A stretch of 32,000 nt of DNA from Delftia acidovorans NBRC 14950 (GCF_001598795.1 NZ_BCZP01000015.1:119288-151287), one strand, 5' to 3'; positions 1 through 8,402 are shown, numbered from the stretch's first letter. Notes: generated by a model from the letters alone, not told the origin. Translations and numbers: made by a program.

Positions 1-227
1 GCGATGCCCAGCACCAGGCCGGCGGCGCCGCTGACCAGCGTCAGGTACAGCGTGGTGCGCGCGCCTTCGGCGAAGGTGTCGGCATTGGAGCCTATGGGCT
101 CGGGCAGCAGGGACAGCAACTGCCCCAGCAGCGAAACCACGAGCACCATCAGCAGCAGGGCCGTGACCAGGGTGGCGTTGCTGCGCTGCGAGCGGCTCCA
201 GTGGGCGGGCCAGAGGACGGTAAGCAT
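1..227 (-). CDS. Polar amino-acid ABC transporter permease, N-terminal part (gene runs off the left edge)
   Basis: Reverse-strand ATG at 227-225. The translation MLTVLWPAHWSRSQRSNATLVTALLLMVLVVSLLGQLLSLLPEPIGSNADTFAEGARTTLYLTLVSGAAGLVLGI is hydrophobic and has the G-x3-T-L-x-L-T-x-x-S region typical of HisM/HisQ-type permeases. It lies 65 nt downstream of the binding-protein gene on the same strand. It is absent from the ORF track because it has no stop inside the window. Confidence 0.55.
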   Translation of the reverse strand, partial: MLTVLWPAHWSRSQRSNATLVTALLLMVLVVSLLGQLLSLLPEPIGSNADTFAEGARTTLYLTLVSGAAGLVLGI

Positions 228-292
228 AGGTGGGCTAGAAACAAAAAGGCGCCCTGCAAGTGGGCGCCGGTCGGGCAGATCTGCCCGGGGCC

Positions 293-1063
293 TCAGTCAG
301 GGCAGCGGATGTCTTCGTGGAAGTATTTCTGCGACAGCTTGGCGTAGCTGCCGTCGGCCAGGGCTTCCTTGAAGGCCTTGTTCCAGGCATCGGCCAGCGA
401 CTTGTTGTCCTTGGCCACGGCGGCGGCAATGCGCTCGACCAGCAGCAACTCGCCCTGCTTGAGCTGGGCATTGGGGTTCTTCTGCTGCAGTTCCTTGGCA
501 ATGAAGCGTTCGGTCACCCAGGCGTCCACCCGCTTGGACAGCAGCGCATTGCGGGCTGCCTCGTTGGTGGGGAAGTTGACCAGGCGCTTGATGCCGGGCA
601 GGTTCTTCTCCATGTACTGCATATAGGTGGTGCCGGTCTGCACCGACACCGTCTTGCCCGCCAGGTCCTTGGCCGAGCGGATGGCCGGGTCCAGCGACAT
701 CACGATGGCGCCAGAGCAGTAGTGGGGCTGGGTGAAGGTCACGGCCTTCTCGCGCTCGGGCGTGATGCCGTGCGAGGAAATCACCAGATCCCAGCGGTCC
801 TGCTGCAGGCCGGTGAGCAGGGCGTCGAAGCTGATGGTCTTCCACTCGTACTTCACGCCCATCTTGGCGGCCATCATCTGGGCCAGCTCGACTTCGAAGC
901 CGGTCAACTGCTTGCCCTCGAAATGGGCGAAGGGCGCGTAGTAGCCCTCGGTGGCCAGGCGCAGCGTGCCTTCCTTCTGGATGGCGTCGAAGGGGCGGGC
1001 CTGAACGCCGGCGGCGGTCCACAGGGCCAGCGCGGCGGCGGCGATGACGGTAAAGCGTTTCAT
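293..1063 (-). CDS. Amino-acid ABC transporter periplasmic substrate-binding protein (family 3 SBP)
   Basis: ORF 293..1129 trimmed to ATG 1063, which has AGGAG just upstream. The signal peptide is MKRFTVIAAAALALWTAAGVQA. The body (LRLATEGYYAPF, GFEVELAQ, WDLVISSHGITPER, KDLAGKTVSVQTGTTY) is typical of polar amino-acid binding proteins. Confidence 0.9.
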   Translation of the reverse strand: MKRFTVIAAAALALWTAAGVQARPFDAIQKEGTLRLATEGYYAPFAHFEGKQLTGFEVELAQMMAAKMGVKYEWKTISFDALLTGLQQDRWDLVISSHGITPEREKAVTFTQPHYCSGAIVMSLDPAIRSAKDLAGKTVSVQTGTTYMQYMEKNLPGIKRLVNFPTNEAARNALLSKRVDAWVTERFIAKELQQKNPNAQLKQGELLLVERIAAAVAKDNKSLADAWNKAFKEALADGSYAKLSQKYFHEDIRCPD

Positions 1064-1252
1064 GGAACTCCTGGGCTGTCGCTCAAGACCTGACCCCGGC
1101 GCCGCAGCATGAAGAAAGCGCCAAGGCACGCATCAGTGCATGGGCCATGGACGGCGGGGCCGGTTTTTTGCGGCTGGTCGGCTGGTCGGGTACGGCCGCT
1201 GGCAGGGGTGCGACATGCACCAGCCGCCGCAGCTCAAGGCGAAAAGTCGGCA

Positions 1253-1258
1253 ATTATA
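1253..1258 (-). promoter_or_regulatory. Candidate -10 box (perfect TATAAT on the minus strand) for the amino-acid ABC operon
   Basis: Plus-strand ATTATA at 1253-1258 reads TATAAT on the minus strand, about 190 nt upstream of the SBP start. This is a rare AT hexamer in a GC-rich spacer. I could not find a convincing -35 at 16-18 nt. Confidence 0.25.
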
Positions 1259-1314
1259 GAAGGTTGCCGTCGCCAACGCCGATGGCAGGTGTTGCGAACG
1301 CCGCTGGCCCGTGC

Positions 1315-2073
1315 TCAGGCGATGAAGGCGTCGTAGCCGGTCTTGAGGATCAGCAGACTCACCACGCCGATGAAAATGCCGCGCACAAAGCCCGTTCCAT
1401 GGCGCAGGGCCATGTGCGTGCCCAGCATGGCGCCCAGCACATTGGCCACCGCCATGGGCACGGCCAAGTGCCACCAGATATGGCCCTTGAGCGCGAACAG
1501 CGCCAGCGCCGCCAGGTTGGTGGCCATGTTCAGCAGCTTGGCCGAGGCCGATGCGTTCAGGAAGTCATAGCCCATCAGCCGCACGAACAGGAACACGAAG
1601 AAGCTGCCCGTGCCGGGGCCGAAGAAACCGTCGTAGAAGCCAATCACCAGGCCGATGGCGCAGGCGATCAGCGTCTCGGCGCGGCCCGAATAGTGCGGGG
1701 TGTGGTGGCGGCCCATATCCTTGCGCGCCAACGTGTAGACCAGCACGCCCAGCAGCACCAGCGGCAGCAGCCGGCGCAGGAAATCGGGGGAGATCTGCGT
1801 GACGGCCCAGGCGCCCGCAAAGGAGCCCGCCATGCCCACGCAGGCCGCCGGCATCATCGCGCGCCAGGGCAACCGCACCTTGCGGCCGTACTGCCAGGTG
1901 GACATGGCCGTGCCCCAGACCGAGGCGCTCTTGTTGGTGCCCAGCAGCGTGGCGGGCGGTGCGGTGGGGAAGGTGGCGAACAGCGCGGGCAGCAAGATGA
2001 GGCCCCCGCCGCCCACGATGGCGTCCACGAAGCCGGCCAGCATCGAGGCCAGCGAGACGATGATCCATTCCAT
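1315..2073 (-). CDS. TauE/SafE (DUF81) family sulfite/anion exporter membrane protein
   Basis: ORF 1315..2166 trimmed to ATG 2073 (MEWIIVSLASMLAGFVDAIVGGGGLILLPAL). It has a repeated G-G-G-x-hydrophobic-x-P motif, a second half GFYDGFFGPGTGSF, and about 8 hydrophobic segments. Confidence 0.85.
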   Translation of the reverse strand: MEWIIVSLASMLAGFVDAIVGGGGLILLPALFATFPTAPPATLLGTNKSASVWGTAMSTWQYGRKVRLPWRAMMPAACVGMAGSFAGAWAVTQISPDFLRRLLPLVLLGVLVYTLARKDMGRHHTPHYSGRAETLIACAIGLVIGFYDGFFGPGTGSFFVFLFVRLMGYDFLNASASAKLLNMATNLAALALFALKGHIWWHLAVPMAVANVLGAMLGTHMALRHGTGFVRGIFIGVVSLLILKTGYDAFIA

Positions 2074-2074
2074 A

Positions 2075-2097
2075 GGGCGGCGATTGTCGCACCGCCC
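2075..2097 (-). promoter_or_regulatory. GC-rich hairpin ending 1 nt before the TauE start codon
   Basis: GGGCGG(CGA)...(TCG)caCCGCCC gives a 6+3 bp stem with a 2-nt bulge. On the minus-strand RNA it ends immediately 5' of the AUG at 2073. No Shine-Dalgarno is visible outside it. Confidence 0.4.
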
Positions 2098-2126
2098 AGG
2101 TGCCGCAGCAGGCTGGCCGCAGGCAT

Positions 2127-2153
2127 AAAAAAAGCGCCGGACTTGCCGGCGCT
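2127..2153 (-). terminator. Rho-independent terminator (minus strand)
   Basis: Minus strand reads AGCGCCGG-caagt-CCGGCGCT followed by TTTTTTT. That is a perfect 8-bp GC stem, a 5-nt loop and a 7-T run. There is no T-run on the plus-strand side. Confidence 0.75.
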
Positions 2154-2370
2154 CTGGGAAATGCATCTTGAGATGCTATTTATGAATGTTGATCTGGTTG
2201 TGTACGAGTTGTCTCCTCGGCCCCTCTTGTGCAGCACTGTGGTGCCGCGAGAGTGGGTGGACTTTAATGGCCGCACCTGGGTGGTGCATCGGGGATTTCC
2301 CGCAGTTACCGCAAAAGTGCGGGATTGCACCAGCAAAGGGCTGGAGCGATGATTGTCGGTTGCCGGACGT

Positions 2371-3399
2371 TCAGCGCATGCGCAGCACCAGCTTGCCGAA
2401 AGCACCTCGCTCCAGATGCTCCAGGGCTGCCGGCAGATCGGCCAGCGCGTATTCGCTGTCGATCACAGGTTGCAGCTTCAGCCAGTCCACGGCCCGCACC
2501 AGATCCTGCAGCGCACGCCGGTGTGCCACGCCGATGCCCTGAACGGTGGCGCGCCCCAGCAGCAGCGGATAGACCGAGCCGCGCAGCTCATCGCCCTGCA
2601 GATTGCCGATCACCGACACGCGACCGCCCTGTGCCAGGGCCGATAGCGAGCGGCCGAAGTTATCCCCCCCGGCCAGTTCCAGCACATGGTCGGCACCACG
2701 CCCTCCCGTGAGGGCGCGCACTTCGGCGGCCCAGTCGGGCGTGCGGTGGCGGTGGATGCCGTGGTCTGCACCCAGCTGCGCAGCCCGCGCCAGCTTGTCG
2801 TCGCTGCCCGAAACCACCACCACGCGCGCACCCTGCGCATGGGCAATCTGCATGGCGAACAGCGCCACGCCGCCCGTGCCCATGATGACCACCGTGTCGC
2901 CGGGCCGCGTGGGCGCGGACTCGGCTAGCGCGAACCAGGCGGTTGCGCCCGCGCACGTCAGGGTGCTGGCCTGCGCAAAGTCCAGCCGAAGGGGTGCGGC
3001 GACCAGGTTGTCTTCGCCCAGCACCACGTATTCCGACAGCATGCCCGGCCCGGGCGAGCCCAGCGGCAGGCTGGTGCGCGGCTGCACGCCGTCCTGCCAG
3101 CCGGCGAAGAAGGTGCTGATCACGGCGTCGCCAACCGCGAACTCCGAGACGCCCGGGCCGAGGGCGACCACCTCGCCAGCCATGTCCGAGCCGGGTACCA
3201 GGGGCAGGGCCGGCACCATGCCCATGCCATCGCGCAGGATCATCAGATCGCGGTAGTTCAGCGATGCCGCATGCACGCGCACCAGTACCTGGCCCCGCCC
3301 GGGCTCGGGAATGGGTACTTGCACCAGCTGCAGGTTTTCGTGGCCCAGAGCGGGCAGTTGCCATTGCTGCATGAATGGGGAAGACGCAGGCACGGTCAT
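2371..3399 (-). CDS. Zinc-type alcohol dehydrogenase / NADPH:quinone oxidoreductase family (MDR superfamily)
   Basis: ORF 2371..3474 trimmed to ATG 3399; an alternative ATG lies at 3372. Motifs seen: VLVRVHAASLNYRD, PGSDMAGEVVALG and the Rossmann motif VIMGTGGVALFAMQIA. Overall length and layout fit quinone-oxidoreductase-like MDR proteins. Confidence 0.85.
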   Translation of the reverse strand: MTVPASSPFMQQWQLPALGHENLQLVQVPIPEPGRGQVLVRVHAASLNYRDLMILRDGMGMVPALPLVPGSDMAGEVVALGPGVSEFAVGDAVISTFFAGWQDGVQPRTSLPLGSPGPGMLSEYVVLGEDNLVAAPLRLDFAQASTLTCAGATAWFALAESAPTRPGDTVVIMGTGGVALFAMQIAHAQGARVVVVSGSDDKLARAAQLGADHGIHRHRTPDWAAEVRALTGGRGADHVLELAGGDNFGRSLSALAQGGRVSVIGNLQGDELRGSVYPLLLGRATVQGIGVAHRRALQDLVRAVDWLKLQPVIDSEYALADLPAALEHLERGAFGKLVLRMR

Positions 3400-3444
3400 G
3401 GAAGGCGGTCCTTTCGAGGCAGGTATCAAACAGGACTTCAGTCT

Positions 3445-3479
3445 ATTGATTCCTTCATAATTGCATTGATTCAATTGAG
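3445..3479. promoter_or_regulatory. Candidate LysR operator in the divergent promoter region
   Basis: This is an AT-rich island in the 99-bp divergent spacer. ATTGATTC occurs twice (3445-3452 and 3465-3472, 20 nt apart). The second copy sits in the palindrome ATTGA-T-TCAAT followed by CAATTG. T-N11-A type dyads are the known LysR recognition pattern. Confidence 0.3.
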
Positions 3480-3498
3480 GCTATGGTTTGTAGAATTT

Positions 3499-4422
3499 AT
3501 GGAACCAATTGCAAATGACAGGCTGGCAGGCGTCAGCGCTTTCGTCGCCTCGGCCGAGGCCGGCAGCTTCGCCCAGGCGGCCGAGCGCCTGGGCCTTACG
3601 CGCTCGGCTGTCGGCAAGGCCGTGGCGCGGCTGGAAGAGCGCCTGGGCGCGCGGCTGTTCGTGCGCACCACGCGCAGCCTGGGGCTGACCGAGGACGGCC
3701 AGATGTTCTACGAGCGCTGCGCGCAGGCGCTGGAGGACCTGGATGCCGCCCGGCACATGCTGGAAGCCGGGCGGCGGGAAGTGGTGGGACGGCTGCGCAT
3801 CAGCGCACCCGTGGTCTTCGGCCGCCACCACGTGGCCCCCTTGCTGCTGGAGCTGGCGCAGCTGCATCCGCGCCTGCGCATCGAGGCCAGCTTCACCGAC
3901 CGCCAGCTGGACTTCGCCGATGACGGCATCGACCTGGCCATACGCAGCGGGGAACTGTCTGACAGCGACTGGCTGGTTGCGCGGCCCCTTGGCATGCAAA
4001 CCATGGTGCTGTGCGCATCACCCGCCTATCTGCAGGCCCATGGCGCGCCGCGCAGCGTGGCCGACCTGGCCGGGCATCGCTGTATTGCCTATATGCGCAG
4101 CGGCCGCGCCGCCCCCTGGAGGCTGGCAGGTGAGGATGGATCGCTGGCCTCGCCCGTGCTGGAGCCGGCGCTGGGCTTTGACGACATAGAAACCATTGCC
4201 ACGGCCACGTTGCAGGGCGCGGGCCTGGCCCACATGCCGCTGTGGCGGGTGCGCAGTGCGCTGGACAGCGGGGCGCTGGTGCGCCTGCTGCCCGACGTGC
4301 CGGCCGCGCGCATTCCCCTGCATGTGCTGTGGCCGCGCACGCGCTTTCTGCCCTACCGGCTGCGCGTGACCATCGATGCGCTGCTGGCGGCGATTCCGCC
4401 GCTGCTGCAGGAGCAGTCCTAG
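3499..4422 (+). CDS. LysR family transcriptional regulator
   Basis: ORF 3271..4422 trimmed to ATG 3499. The N-terminal wHTH is FVASAEAGSFAQAAERLGLTRSAVGKAVARLEERLGARLFVRTTRSLGLTEDG. A LysR substrate-binding domain follows. The gene is divergent from the oxidoreductase gene. Confidence 0.9.
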   Translation: MEPIANDRLAGVSAFVASAEAGSFAQAAERLGLTRSAVGKAVARLEERLGARLFVRTTRSLGLTEDGQMFYERCAQALEDLDAARHMLEAGRREVVGRLRISAPVVFGRHHVAPLLLELAQLHPRLRIEASFTDRQLDFADDGIDLAIRSGELSDSDWLVARPLGMQTMVLCASPAYLQAHGAPRSVADLAGHRCIAYMRSGRAAPWRLAGEDGSLASPVLEPALGFDDIETIATATLQGAGLAHMPLWRVRSALDSGALVRLLPDVPAARIPLHVLWPRTRFLPYRLRVTIDALLAAIPPLLQEQS

Positions 4423-6146
4423 GCGGCCAGCGCAACGGCCGGTTCCGTGCTCTCCCGTGCGGTCTCCTGGCCCTGTCCCTGCCGGTCCGCAAGAATCCAG
4501 CCGGCGGCCTTCTCCGCCATCATCAGCGTCGGGCTGTTGGTGTTGCCGCTGGTGATGCGCGGCATGGCGCCTGCATCGATCACGCGCAGGCCCTGTACGC
4601 CGCGCACGCGCAGGCGGCTGTCCAGCACGGCCATGGGGTCGTCGGCGCGGCCCATCTTCGTCGTGCCCACGGGGTGGAAGATGGTGGTGGCAATGTCGCC
4701 GGCCAGGCGCGCCAGATCCTCGTCGCTCTGGTACTGCACGCCGGGCTTCCATTCCTCGGGGACGAAGCGCGCCAGCGCGCTCTGGCTGACGATGCGCCGC
4801 GTCACGCGCAGGCTGTCGGCGGCCACCTGCCGGTCCTCGGGCGTGGACAGGTAGTGCGGCGCAATGGCCGGCGCCTGGCGGAAGTCCCCGCTGTGGATGC
4901 GCACCGTGCCCCGGCTCGTGGGATTGAGGTTGCAGACGCTGGCCGTGAAGGCCGGAAAGCCGTGCAGCGGCTCGCCGAAGGCGTCCAGCGACAGCGGCTG
5001 CACGTGGTACTGGATATTGGGGTGCTCCTGCTGCGGGCTGCTGCGCGTGAAGGCCCCCAGCTGGGAGGGCGCCATGCTCATCGGCCCGCTGCGGCGCAGC
5101 AGGTATTCCAGGCCGATGCCGGCCTTGCCCCACAGCGAATTGGCCATGGTGTTCAGCGTGCGCGCGCCCTTGATCTTGTAGACCGAGCGGATCTGCAGAT
5201 GATCCTGCAGGTTCTCGCCCACGCCGGGCAGGTCGTGGCGCACGGCAATGCCGTGGTTCTGCAGCAGCGCGCCCGGGCCGATGCCCGACAGCTGCAGGAT
5301 CTGCGGGGAGTTGACGGCGCCCGCGCACAGCAGCACCTCCTGGCTTGCCTGCACGTTGACCATTTCCGAGCCGGTCCAGACCTGGGCGCCGCTGCAGCGC
5401 AGGCCGCCGGCGGGCAGCTGTTCAAACAGCAGCTGGCTGACCTGGGCATGGGTCCACAGCTCGAAATTGGGGCGGCCATAGCAGGTGGGCCGCAGGAAGG
5501 CCTTGGCGGTGTTCCAGCGCAGGCCGCCCTTTTGGTTGACCTCGAAGTAGCCCACCCCCTCGTTGCTGCCGCCGTTGAAGTCCTCGGTGGCCGGAATGCC
5601 GGCCTGCTGCGCGGCTTCGGCAAAGGCGTCCAGGATGTCCCAGCGCAGGCGCTGCCGCTCCACGCGCCATTCGGCGCTGCCGCCTGTGCCCGTGCCGCCG
5701 TGCAGGGCACGAAAGCCCGCATCGGCGTTGCCGCCGGCATCAAGCCGCCAATGGCTTTCATGCTGGCGGAAGGCCGGCAGCACCTGGTCCCAGCGCCAGG
5801 CGTCGTCCCCGGTCAGCTCGGCCCAGCCGTCGTAGTCGCGGGCCTGGCCGCGCATGTAGATCATGCCGTTGATGCTGGAGCAGCCGCCCAGCGTCTTGCC
5901 GCGCGGATAGCGCAGGCTGCGGCCGTTGAGCCCTGCGTCGGGCTCGGTCTGGTAGAGCCAGTCGGTGCGCGGATTGCCGATGCAGTACAGGTAGCCCACG
6001 GGGATGTGGATCCAGTGGTAGTCGTCCTTGGCGCCTGCCTCGATCAGCAGCACGCGGCTGCGGCCATCGCGCGAAAGCCTGTTGGCCAGGAGGGCGCCCG
6101 CCGTGCCGGCGCCGATGACGATGTAGTCGAAGGTGGTGTTGCTCAT
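4419..6146 (-). CDS. GMC family FAD-dependent oxidoreductase (choline-dehydrogenase-like)
   Basis: ORF 4419..6275 trimmed to ATG 6146 so that the FAD fingerprint FDYIVIGAGTAGALLANRLS sits at the N-terminus, as in GMC enzymes. GMC signature 1 region is GKTLGGCSSINGMIYMRG. The C-terminal part has HPVGTTKMG and NTNSPTLMMAEKAA. Confidence 0.9.
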   Translation of the reverse strand: MSNTTFDYIVIGAGTAGALLANRLSRDGRSRVLLIEAGAKDDYHWIHIPVGYLYCIGNPRTDWLYQTEPDAGLNGRSLRYPRGKTLGGCSSINGMIYMRGQARDYDGWAELTGDDAWRWDQVLPAFRQHESHWRLDAGGNADAGFRALHGGTGTGGSAEWRVERQRLRWDILDAFAEAAQQAGIPATEDFNGGSNEGVGYFEVNQKGGLRWNTAKAFLRPTCYGRPNFELWTHAQVSQLLFEQLPAGGLRCSGAQVWTGSEMVNVQASQEVLLCAGAVNSPQILQLSGIGPGALLQNHGIAVRHDLPGVGENLQDHLQIRSVYKIKGARTLNTMANSLWGKAGIGLEYLLRRSGPMSMAPSQLGAFTRSSPQQEHPNIQYHVQPLSLDAFGEPLHGFPAFTASVCNLNPTSRGTVRIHSGDFRQAPAIAPHYLSTPEDRQVAADSLRVTRRIVSQSALARFVPEEWKPGVQYQSDEDLARLAGDIATTIFHPVGTTKMGRADDPMAVLDSRLRVRGVQGLRVIDAGAMPRITSGNTNSPTLMMAEKAAGWILADRQGQGQETARESTEPAVALAA

Positions 6147-6467
6147 GGAGATGGGCGGGCGTCCGCTGCGGGCCGGAACGTCCTTGGGAGCCGGGGTTGG
6201 TGCTTCGGCCCATTGTGCGGACGGCATGCGCACTGTCGAGAGGGAAAGCGCGCTGGACTCCTTTTTTTGCAGCATCGCATGCAGCAGTCATGGCTGTCGC
6301 GCTGGTTTTTTGATAAAAATTGCACGCGTAGGGCAAAGCTGTCGTCCGCACGGCGCCGCCAGGCAATCTGCGGCCCGTGCCGCTCGGTTATCCTGCGGTC
6401 TTGGCTGCAATGCCGCCCGGCCCTGCCTGCGCGCCCCGCCTTCGCAACCCCCAAGGACTTTCCGCAC

Positions 6468-7598
6468 TTGTCTGCCCTCAACAATCCCCCCCAATGCAGC
6501 CTGCGCCGCGACAACGACGGCCAGTGGGCGTTGCTGACCGGCTCCTGGGGCGCGGCCGAGCTGGGCCGGCGGGCGCAATGGCGCAGGCTGCGTGCGCAGC
6601 TGGCCGATGCCAAGGGCGATGACCTGGGCTGGAACCTCGAAGGGCTGGACTGGCTGGACCACGTGGGCGCGCAGCTGCTGTGGAACCACTGGGGCCGTCG
6701 CCTGCCCGCGCGCCTGGCGGCCAGCGATGCGCAGCGCGCCATGCTCGAACGCGTGGGCCGTTTCTCCAAGGAACCTGCGCCGCCGCCCCCGCGCCCGAAC
6801 CTGCTGGAGCGCATCGACAGCCTGGGGTGCCTGGTGATCAACGCCTGCGGCCATTTCGCGCAGATGACGCGGCTCATCGGCCAGTTGCTGATCGACCTGC
6901 TGCGCTTTGCGCGTGCGCCGCACCGGGGGCCCTGGCGCGACATCTCCGGCCATCTCTATTCCATGGGCGCCACGGCCCTGCCCATCACGGCCCTGGTGGG
7001 CTTTCTGATCGGCGTGGTGCTGGCCTACCTGATGGCGCTGCAGCTGCGCCAGTTCGGGGCTGAATCCTTCATCGTCAACATCCTGGGCATCTCGCTGATC
7101 CGCGAGCTGGGTCCGCTGCTGGCGGCCATTTTGGTGGCGGGCCGCACGGGCTCGGCCATCACCGCCCAGATCGGCGTCATGCGCGTGACCGAGGAATTGG
7201 ATGCCATGCAGGTCATGGGCATACCGCACGGCTTTCGCTTGGTGCTGCCGCGCGCGCTGGCGCTGGCCATCGCCATGCCCCTGGTCTCGCTGTGGACCAC
7301 GCTGGCCGCGCTGGCCGGCGGCATGCTCGCGGCCGACCTCACCATGGGCGTCACGGGCGCCTACTTTGCCGAGGCCCTGCCTGCCGCCGTGAAGATCGGC
7401 AACCTCTGGATCGCCATGGGCAAATCCGTGGTCTTCGGCGCCCTCATCGCCCTCATCGGCTGCCACTGGGGCCTGCGCGTGGAGCCCAATACGCAGAGCC
7501 TGGGCAAGGGCACGACGGCCTCGGTGGTGACGGCCATCACCATGGTGATCGTGGTGGATGCGATCTTCGCAATTCTTTTCAAAGATGTCGGAATCTGA
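6468..7598 (+). CDS. MlaE-family ABC transporter permease with an N-terminal STAS-like extension
   Basis: This is the C-terminal third of ORF 4242..7598. There is no in-frame ATG or GTG after the divergent gene. The best start is TTG 6468, with AAGGA 10 nt upstream. The MlaE core has LRQFGAESFIVNILGISLIRELGPLLAAILVAGRTGSAITAQIGVMRVTEELDAM. About 120 N-terminal residues resemble an MlaB/STAS domain. Confidence 0.8.
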   Translation: MSALNNPPQCSLRRDNDGQWALLTGSWGAAELGRRAQWRRLRAQLADAKGDDLGWNLEGLDWLDHVGAQLLWNHWGRRLPARLAASDAQRAMLERVGRFSKEPAPPPPRPNLLERIDSLGCLVINACGHFAQMTRLIGQLLIDLLRFARAPHRGPWRDISGHLYSMGATALPITALVGFLIGVVLAYLMALQLRQFGAESFIVNILGISLIRELGPLLAAILVAGRTGSAITAQIGVMRVTEELDAMQVMGIPHGFRLVLPRALALAIAMPLVSLWTTLAALAGGMLAADLTMGVTGAYFAEALPAAVKIGNLWIAMGKSVVFGALIALIGCHWGLRVEPNTQSLGKGTTASVVTAITMVIVVDAIFAILFKDVGI

Positions 7599-8401
7599 TG
7601 GCCATGGACACCGAAACCTCCTCCACGCCCGCAGCCGACGAGCCCATCGTGCGCATCGCCGGGCTGTGGAGCGTGTTCGGCGAAGGCGAGAACGCCTTTG
7701 CCGTGCACCAGGACCTGGACCTGGATGTGCAGCGCGGCGAGATGCTGTCCATCGTCGGCGGCTCGGGCACGGGCAAGACCGTGCTGCTGCGCCAGATGCT
7801 GGGGCTGCTGGAGCCCACCAAGGGCCGTGTCGAAGTGCTGGGCCGCCCGGCCAGCGAAATGGGCCGCGAGGGCGCCGCCAGCCGCGTGGGCATGCTGTTC
7901 CAGCATGGGGCGCTGTACTCGGCCTTCAGCGTGCTGGACAACGTAGCCTTCGCGCTGCGCGAGCAGGGCACGCTGCCCGACGAACTGGTGCGCGACGCGG
8001 CCCTGGTCAAGCTGCAGATGGTGGGCCTCAAGCCCGAGCATGCCTCGCGCATGCCGGCCGATCTTTCGGGCGGCATGATCAAGCGCGTGGCGCTGGCGCG
8101 GGCGCTGATCATGGACCCGCCCCTGCTGCTGCTGGACGAGCCCACGGCCGGCCTGGACCCCACCAGCTCCGACGAATTCTGCGAACTGCTGCGCGAGCTG
8201 CGTGCCGAGCTGGGCCTGACCGTCATCATGGTCACGCACGACCTGGACACGCTGTTCGCCCTGTCCTCGCGCGTGGCCGTGCTGGCCGAGAAGAAGGTGC
8301 TGGTCAGCGGCCCGCCGCGCGAGGTGGCCGAGTTCAAGCATCCGTTCATCGAGCATTTCTTCCAGGGGGAGCGCGGCAGGCGCGCGATGAGCACGGTATG
8401 A
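7598..8401 (+). CDS. ABC transporter ATP-binding protein (MlaF-like)
   Basis: ORF 7292..8401 trimmed to ATG 7598, which overlaps the upstream stop as TGATG. It has Walker A GGSGTGKT, the ABC signature LSGGMIKR, Walker B LLLLDEPTAGLD and the H-loop VTHD. Confidence 0.92.
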   Translation: MAMDTETSSTPAADEPIVRIAGLWSVFGEGENAFAVHQDLDLDVQRGEMLSIVGGSGTGKTVLLRQMLGLLEPTKGRVEVLGRPASEMGREGAASRVGMLFQHGALYSAFSVLDNVAFALREQGTLPDELVRDAALVKLQMVGLKPEHASRMPADLSGGMIKRVALARALIMDPPLLLLDEPTAGLDPTSSDEFCELLRELRAELGLTVIMVTHDLDTLFALSSRVAVLAEKKVLVSGPPREVAEFKHPFIEHFFQGERGRRAMSTV

Positions 8402-8402
8402 G

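Noticed and set aside
260-1093. 277-aa plus-strand ORF and the 241-aa minus-strand ORF 297..1022
   Set aside because: Both overlap the clearly identified substrate-binding-protein gene in other frames. Neither shows any motif.
1147-2352. 401-aa plus-strand ORF, including a possible 56-63-aa tail ORF (2161/2183 to 2352)
   Set aside because: The bulk is antisense to the TauE gene. The tail piece (MNVDLVVYELSPRPLLCSTVVPREWVDFNGRTWVVHRGF...) has no convincing RBS. Its fraction of G/C-ending codons is markedly lower than in neighbouring genes. I treat the region as a non-coding leader or 3' UTR, but I cannot fully exclude a small foreign gene.
6147-6275. Upstream ATG at 6275 as the start of the GMC oxidoreductase (43-aa N-terminal extension)
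   Set aside because: GMC enzymes begin within a few residues of the FAD-binding G-x-G-x-x-G fingerprint. The extension (MLQKKESSALSLSTVRMPSAQWAEAPTPAPKDVPARSGRPPIS) has no signal-peptide character. The AAAGGAG near 6262-6268 is therefore probably not used for this gene.
4242-6467. First 740 or so codons of the 1118-aa plus-strand ORF 4242..7598
   Set aside because: This part lies antisense to the well-supported GMC oxidoreductase gene. Its translation is low-complexity Ala/Gly/Arg/Val with no recognisable motif, which is typical of a high-GC shadow ORF. Only the last 376 or so codons (the MlaE-family permease) are credible.
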